A stretch of DNA of 64,000 bases, taken from assembly GCA_048594725.1 (NCBI GenBank), contig JBMDXA010000199.1, positions 159 through 64,158 on the forward strand, read 5' to 3'. Origin of the DNA: Candidatus Kapaibacteriota bacterium (GTDB lineage Bacteria; Bacteroidota; Ignavibacteria; OLB7). Position numbers and translations under genes: made by a program. Below are positions 59,011 through 64,000 of the stretch, one piece after another. Position 1 is the stretch's first letter. Each line of letters opens with the position of its first letter. The notes beneath the pieces are model-generated. The model was not told the DNA's origin. It ran no database searches and saw only the letters and a list, made by a program, of their open reading frames with translations.

Positions 59011-59535
59011 ATGAAAGCATTCGTTCGCCTGGGACTTCTCATGGTCCTTCTCTGCACCGGTAGCCTCACCACCGCGTTCTCGCAGGTAAAGCTGGCATTT
59101 GTCGATACCGAAGTGATAATTCAGCAGTTGCCGGAGTTCAAGGATGTGCAGACGCGGCTTCAGACGTTGCAGAAGTCGTATGTCGATACGTTGCAGGCCC
59201 TGGAATCCAACTACAAGTCGAAGGTGGAGAGCTATCAGCGCCAGCAGGCCATGCTCAACGCCGAGGCGCGAGCAAACGAAGAGGCCCAGTTGAAGGGGAT
59301 GGGAGAGCAGTACATGGCCTATCAGCAGGACCGTCTCGGACCGCAGGGGAGACTGGCGGAGTATCAGAGCCAGCTTCTGGAGCCGATCAAGCAGAAGGTG
59401 CGGGGCGCCATCGAAAAGGTGGCAAAGGATGAGAAGGCGACGGCCGTCATGGATAAGGCGATGCTGATCTACTTCGATTCTAAGCTCGATATCACGTTCA
59501 AAGTACTCGATTATCTGCGCCGTGGTAATAATTAA
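59011..59535 (+). CDS. OmpH/Skp-family periplasmic chaperone (copy 1)
   Basis: It has a signal peptide, KLAFVDTEVIIQQLPEF, and a coiled-coil body, in the position after bamA. Confidence 0.85.
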   Translation: MKAFVRLGLLMVLLCTGSLTTAFSQVKLAFVDTEVIIQQLPEFKDVQTRLQTLQKSYVDTLQALESNYKSKVESYQRQQAMLNAEARANEEAQLKGMGEQYMAYQQDRLGPQGRLAEYQSQLLEPIKQKVRGAIEKVAKDEKATAVMDKAMLIYFDSKLDITFKVLDYLRRGNN

Positions 59536-60274
59536 ACGACTCTCTCTGCTTCTTCTGCTCTCCGCTGTGATGCTTCCCGGCCCCGATGCCGGCGCCCAGC
59601 AGCAGAAGATAGCCTATGTGGCAAGCGAAGCCATCCTCGAGAAGCTTCCCGATGCCATCTCCGCGCGGGCGAAACTCTCCGAGCTTCAGATGGGCTGGAT
59701 GCGCGAGATCCAGCGCCAGGAGCAGGAGGTGACCAAGCTCGGAACGGAGATCCAGACCAACCGTCTCCTCTGGAGCGCCCAGGAAAAGCGGGACGCCGAG
59801 GCGCGGCTGGCCGATATGCAGGCGAAGCTCGCCACCTACCGGAGCGTGAAGTTCGGCCCGAACCAGGAGTTCGACCGCCAGCAGACCGATCTGATGGGGC
59901 CGGTGATCGACAAGATCTGGAAGGCGATCGACGACGAGGCCCGTGCCCAGAAGTACGATTTCGTCTTCGACAAGAGCAGCCGTGGCGTGGGAATGGTCTA
60001 TTCCAATCCCACACACGATCTCACCTGGGCCGTTCTGAAACGGCTCGGCGTGGAGGTGCAGCCGCCGGCTGCGGCGGAGGAGACCTCCGGGGCTACCGAT
60101 ACCGCCCGCGAGCAGGATGCCCGCCGCAATCGCGGCCGCGGCCGCCAGCAGAACCCGCCGGTGGGGGATCAGTCGTTCGACCCGAACCGGGCGCTGGAGG
60201 ATAACGGCGGCAGCGTCACCGTCCCCCCGGCCGATGACGGCGGATCGGACGAGCCGATCAGTAGCCCGAAGTAA
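59522..60274 (+). CDS. OmpH/Skp-family periplasmic chaperone (copy 2, with disordered C-terminal tail)
   Basis: It has a signal peptide, KIAYVASEAILEKLPD and KYDFVFDKS. The apparent start is GTG, overlapping the copy 1 stop. Confidence 0.8.
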   Translation: MVIIKRLSLLLLLSAVMLPGPDAGAQQQKIAYVASEAILEKLPDAISARAKLSELQMGWMREIQRQEQEVTKLGTEIQTNRLLWSAQEKRDAEARLADMQAKLATYRSVKFGPNQEFDRQQTDLMGPVIDKIWKAIDDEARAQKYDFVFDKSSRGVGMVYSNPTHDLTWAVLKRLGVEVQPPAAAEETSGATDTAREQDARRNRGRGRQQNPPVGDQSFDPNRALEDNGGSVTVPPADDGGSDEPISSPK

Positions 60275-60429
60275 GCCGCACAGAACCGGATGCCGGCGGA
60301 GGGTTCCCCCTCCAGGCCGGCCCGGCGTGCAGTGTGCCGGTGCCTGCGGTTGCATCGCCCGGCCGTATTCCTCTCGTATGCAGTCCTACCTCCGGCATGC
60401 ACCGGGAGCATATCAACACATACTCATCT

Positions 60430-61473
60430 ATGCAGGTACAGGAAATCGCGCGGCTGGTTGGTGGGGAGTTCGTTGGAGACGGCGAGCGTGAGATCACCAA
60501 CATCTCCAAGATCGAGGATGCGGCGGAGGGGAATGTCTCCTTTATCGCCAATCCCAAATATCTCAAGTATCACGATTCCACGCGCGCCTCGGCGCTGCTG
60601 GTGGCGCTGGATTTCAAGACGACGCGCGCTGATATGGCCTACATCCGTGTGGCCGATCCGTATGCGGCGTTCCTCCAGACGTTGCGTGCCTTCGCTCCCG
60701 TGCTGGAACGCCCGGCGGCGGGCGTGCATCCCACGGCGGTGATCGGCCGGGATGTGACGCTGGGAGAGGGGGTCTCGGTGGGAGCGTATGTGGTGGTGGG
60801 GGATGGGTGCTCTATCGGAAACGGCAGCATCATCTATCCGAACACGGTGCTGGGAGCCGGTGTGACGCTGGGGGAGAACTGCTGTATCCACGCAAACGTG
60901 TCGCTGTATCGCGGTACCCGCATCGGGAACAACGTGATGATCCATTCCGGCAGCGTCCTCGGCGCCGACGGCTTCGGGTTCGTTCCGAACGGTGAGTCCG
61001 GCTGGGAGAAGATCCCGCAGATCGGTATCGTGGTGGTGGAGGATAATGTGGAGATCGGCGCCAACTGCGCCATCGACCGTGCAACGCTGGGGGAGACCCG
61101 TGTAGCACGCGGCGTGAAGCTGGACAACCTTATCCATATCGCGCACAATGTGACCGTGGGGGAGAATACGGTGATAGCCGCACAGACCGGCGTTTCCGGC
61201 AGCACCCGCATCGGCGTCGGCAACCTGATCGCCGGGCAGGTGGGGATCGTGGGGCATATCGAAACCGCCGACGGCGTCATCATCGAAGCGCAGTCGGGCG
61301 TCAGCAAATCCATCCGGAAGGCCGGGCGGTATTTCGGTCATCCGGTCAAGGAGCACTCCCTGGCGCTTCGCCAGGAGGGGGCCCTGCGCCAGCTTCCCGA
61401 TCTGCTTGCGGAGATCCGCGATATGCGCAACCGGATAGCGCAGCTGGAGGCGGCGCTGGGTGTAAGCAGCTAG
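60430..61473 (+). CDS. lpxD: UDP-3-O-acylglucosamine N-acyltransferase
   Basis: It has MQVQEIARLVGGEFVGDGEREI...FIANPKYLKY and left-handed beta-helix hexapeptide repeats. The start is at ATG 60430. Confidence 0.92.
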   Translation: MQVQEIARLVGGEFVGDGEREITNISKIEDAAEGNVSFIANPKYLKYHDSTRASALLVALDFKTTRADMAYIRVADPYAAFLQTLRAFAPVLERPAAGVHPTAVIGRDVTLGEGVSVGAYVVVGDGCSIGNGSIIYPNTVLGAGVTLGENCCIHANVSLYRGTRIGNNVMIHSGSVLGADGFGFVPNGESGWEKIPQIGIVVVEDNVEIGANCAIDRATLGETRVARGVKLDNLIHIAHNVTVGENTVIAAQTGVSGSTRIGVGNLIAGQVGIVGHIETADGVIIEAQSGVSKSIRKAGRYFGHPVKEHSLALRQEGALRQLPDLLAEIRDMRNRIAQLEAALGVSS

Positions 61474-61619
61474 TAGATGGCGGCCTTCGGCCGCTGGAGT
61501 GCCTCGTTCCTGGATAGTAGTGCTCCGGCAGAAGCGGAGCGGCAGGCATCAGCAGGGGGGTATTGATACGGGTAGTAGCGGGATAGGGGATGCCGTTGCT
61601 TTGCAAATACCAGGAACCA

Positions 61620-61636
61620 CAGCCGCGCAGGCGGCG
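61620..61636 (+). repeat. copy of the conserved GC hairpin (CAGCCGCGCAGGCGGCG + TCCTGAGAAC)
   Basis: It matches the 25317-25345 unit (CAGCCGCCGCAGGCGGCGTCCTAAGAAC) with two differences, and lies in the lpxD - lpxC/fabZ spacer. Confidence 0.7.
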
Positions 61637-61863
61637 TCCTGAGAACTGATAACCATCTCCGGAACCATTTCAGCGTGGGTGTACCAAACCAGGGTGCATC
61701 CACGTTTTTGTATAACGAATCATAACAGCCCGCCTGCGGCTTCGTGCCGGAACCGGTGGAAACATTATTTTCGTGGCTCCAGTACGCGCGCGGTGTCCTG
61801 AGCCACGATTCGCGTACGTGCGCCGTGCCTTGACGGCAGACCCTGCCTAGAATATTCTACTCT

Positions 61864-63267
61864 ATGCGCCAACAGCAGAGAACAATCGCGGAGCGTGTCA
61901 GCCTCTCGGGGGTTGGCCTTCACACCGGCAATCAATCCACTCTCACCTTCTGTCCCGCCCCGGAGAACTACGGTCTCCGGTTCGTTCGTGTCGACCTCGA
62001 CGGGGCGCCGGAGATCCCGGCCGATGTCGATCTGGTGACCGACATCTCGCGGGGTACCACGCTCACCCATAACAACGCCAGCGTCCATACCGTGGAGCAT
62101 GTTCTGGCGGCGCTCGTCGGTCTGGAGATCGACAACTGCCGCATAGAGCTTTCGGCCAATGAGCCGCCGGTGGGGGATGGGAGCGCGCTGCCGTATACCG
62201 AGGTGCTGCTGAAGGCCGGTTTCGCCGATCAGAAGGAGCCCCGGCAGGTGATCGTGATCGACCAGATGGTCAATTACAAGAATGAAGAGAAGGGGGTGGA
62301 GATCGTCGCCCTGCCGTACACCGATTTCCGGGTGACGGTGATGATCGACTACAAGAACCCGGCGCTCGGCAGCCAGCACTCCGGGCTCTTCAACCTCCAG
62401 AACGAGTTCGCCACCGAGTTCGCCCCGGCGCGTACGTTCTGCTTTCTGACGGAAGTGGAGATGCTCCGGCGCGAGGGGCTTATCAAGGGGGGGAACCTGG
62501 ACAATGCCATCGTGATCGTCGATAAGGATATCGACCAGCAGGAGATGGATGGCCTTTCTTCGCGGCTCGGGATAGAGGGCTCGGTGGTGCTGGGCTCCAC
62601 CGGGGTGCTCAACAACGGCACCATGCGTTTCCCGAACGAGCCGGCGCGCCACAAGCTCCTGGATATGCTGGGCGATCTTGCGCTGGTGGGAGCCCCCATG
62701 CAGGCGCATCTGCTTGCGGCCCGCCCGGGGCATGCAAGCAACATCGAGTTCGCCAGGAAGATCAAGCGCCTGGCCGAGCAGAAGAAGCTTCAGAAGAAGT
62801 TCAACCTTTCCAGCCAGAACGGGATGGTGATGGATATCAACGCCATCATGAAGGTGCTCCCGCACCGCTACCCGTTCCTTCTGGTGGATCGTATCCTGGA
62901 GCTGGATACCGACGAGGGGCGTATCGTCGGCCTGAAGAACGTGACGATCAACGAGCCGTTTTTCGGCGTGCATTTCCCACGGCAGCCGATCATGACGGGG
63001 GTGCTGATGGTGGAGGCGATGGCGCAGACCGGCGGGATGCTGCTGATGAATCATCTCAGCGCCGACGGCTCGAAGCTGGCCTTCTTCATGGGGATCAACA
63101 ACGCCAAATTCCGCAAGCCGGTGGTGCCGGGCGATCAGCTCCGGTTCGAGGTCACCCTCAAGGGGAAGCGTTTCAACACCTTTACGCTGCATGGGCGCGC
63201 CACGGTGGATGGAAGCCTGGTAGCCGAAGCGGAGTTGAGCATCGCTGTCGTCGATCGTCAATCGTGA
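61864..63267 (+). CDS. lpxC/fabZ: bifunctional UDP-3-O-acyl-GlcNAc deacetylase / 3-hydroxyacyl-ACP dehydratase
   Basis: The N-terminal LpxC part reads RQQQRTIAERVSLSGVGLHTGN...TVEHVLAAL...HKLLDMLGDLAL. The C-terminal FabZ hot-dog part reads LPHRYPFLLVDRI...HFPRQPIMTGVLMVEAMAQ. Confidence 0.95.
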   Translation: MRQQQRTIAERVSLSGVGLHTGNQSTLTFCPAPENYGLRFVRVDLDGAPEIPADVDLVTDISRGTTLTHNNASVHTVEHVLAALVGLEIDNCRIELSANEPPVGDGSALPYTEVLLKAGFADQKEPRQVIVIDQMVNYKNEEKGVEIVALPYTDFRVTVMIDYKNPALGSQHSGLFNLQNEFATEFAPARTFCFLTEVEMLRREGLIKGGNLDNAIVIVDKDIDQQEMDGLSSRLGIEGSVVLGSTGVLNNGTMRFPNEPARHKLLDMLGDLALVGAPMQAHLLAARPGHASNIEFARKIKRLAEQKKLQKKFNLSSQNGMVMDINAIMKVLPHRYPFLLVDRILELDTDEGRIVGLKNVTINEPFFGVHFPRQPIMTGVLMVEAMAQTGGMLLMNHLSADGSKLAFFMGINNAKFRKPVVPGDQLRFEVTLKGKRFNTFTLHGRATVDGSLVAEAELSIAVVDRQS

Positions 63268-63295
63268 TACGAGTATGAGTATGGGGAGCGTCCAA

Positions 63296-64000
63296 ATGAC
63301 AGAAACAACGGTCAGTCATCTCGCCTCGGTTCATCCGGGCACGAAGATCGGAGAAGGCGTTCGGATCGATCCATTCGCCGTTATCGAGGAGGATGTGGAG
63401 ATCGGCAACGGTGTCCATATCCAGCCGCATGTGCACCTCTGCCCCGGCGCACGCATCGGCGATGACTGCAAGCTTTTTACAGGGGCCGCCATCGGCGCGG
63501 TGCCGCAGGATCTGAAGTTCGGCGGGGAGACCACCCTGGCGATCATCGGTCCCCGCACGGTGGTGCGGGAATATGTGACCGTGCACCGCGGAACCACCGC
63601 GCGCCAGCAGACGGTAGTCGGGAGCGACTGCCTTATCATGGCCTACTGCCATGTGGCGCACGATTGCATCGTGGGGGATCGTGTGATCCTTGCCAACGGC
63701 GTGCAGCTGGGCGGGCATGTGGAGATCGAGGACTGGGCCATCATCGGCGGGCTTACCGGCATCCATCAGTTCGAGCGGATCGGGAAGCATGCGATGGTGG
63801 GCGCCGGGTTCCGTGTGATGAAGGACGTGCCGCCGTTCGCACTGGCAGGCAATCATCCGCTCGGCTTCAGCGGCATCAATGCCATCGGCCTGCGCCGCCG
63901 GGGCTTTTCCGACGAGACCGTGGAGATCATCTCGCAGGTCTACAGGATCATCTACCAGTCCGGATATAATATCGGCGATGGCGTCAGGCGCGCCGAGGAA
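63296..64000 (+). CDS. lpxA: acyl-ACP--UDP-N-acetylglucosamine O-acyltransferase (3' end outside the window)
   Basis: This ORF is absent from the ORF track because it has no stop in the window. My manual translation gives MTETTVSHLASVHPGTKIGEGVRIDPFAVIEEDVEIG...VHRGT...MAYCHVAHDCIVGD...GIHQFERIGKHAMVG...GINAIGLRRRGFS. Alternative in-frame ATGs are at 63275 and 63281. Confidence 0.9.
   Translation, partial: MTETTVSHLASVHPGTKIGEGVRIDPFAVIEEDVEIGNGVHIQPHVHLCPGARIGDDCKLFTGAAIGAVPQDLKFGGETTLAIIGPRTVVREYVTVHRGTTARQQTVVGSDCLIMAYCHVAHDCIVGDRVILANGVQLGGHVEIEDWAIIGGLTGIHQFERIGKHAMVGAGFRVMKDVPPFALAGNHPLGFSGINAIGLRRRGFSDETVEIISQVYRIIYQSGYNIGDGVRRAEE

Overview
The window is a high-GC (about 60-65% by eye) bacterial chromosome segment. 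It resembles the FCB group (Bacteroidota/Ignavibacteriota/Chlorobiota/Rhodothermota-like): two proteins end in T9SS type-A sorting domains, lpxC and fabZ are fused, the cluster uppS-bamA-skp-skp-lpxD-lpxC/fabZ-lpxA is present, and the F-type ATPase operon stops at atpG. The left 20 kb is the unusual part. Two tandem giant ORFs (2855 and 3073 aa) follow two tandem copies of a ~250-aa gene, one of them frameshifted. I cannot assign any of these to a named family. Both giants have the same three-part plan, and their central parts are long arrays of a Cys/Trp-bearing alpha-helical repeat with a period of about 120-130 aa (10 clear copies in the second giant, about 6 in the first). The other 44 kb is mostly housekeeping:
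- two two-component systems (PhoR/OmpR-like; HAMP kinase plus sigma54 activator)
- atpZ-atpI-atpBEFHAG
- an MFS pump and a BtuF-like binding protein
- one IS481-like insertion sequence
- gatB/yqeY-like, mutS2, accC, purL, murI and a tetrahaem cytochrome c
- an S1-domain protein, tRNA-Leu(UAA) and a T9SS-sorted multicopper oxidase
- a DUF1800/DUF1501 pair, and the outer-membrane/lipid A cluster

The second notable signal is in the intergenic spaces. They hold a dispersed family of elements built from tandem 7-bp words (GATTTTC/GATTTAC, TAAGARC, GTCAGTA, GACCACG). These words are paired with their reverse complements and with a conserved GC hairpin (CAGCCGCCGCAGGCGGCG). Elements often start at or within a few nucleotides of stop codons. 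The IS481-like element lies inside one of them. All family calls come from motifs read by eye, and no database search was possible. Many long antisense ORFs in the track are GC artefacts and were rejected.
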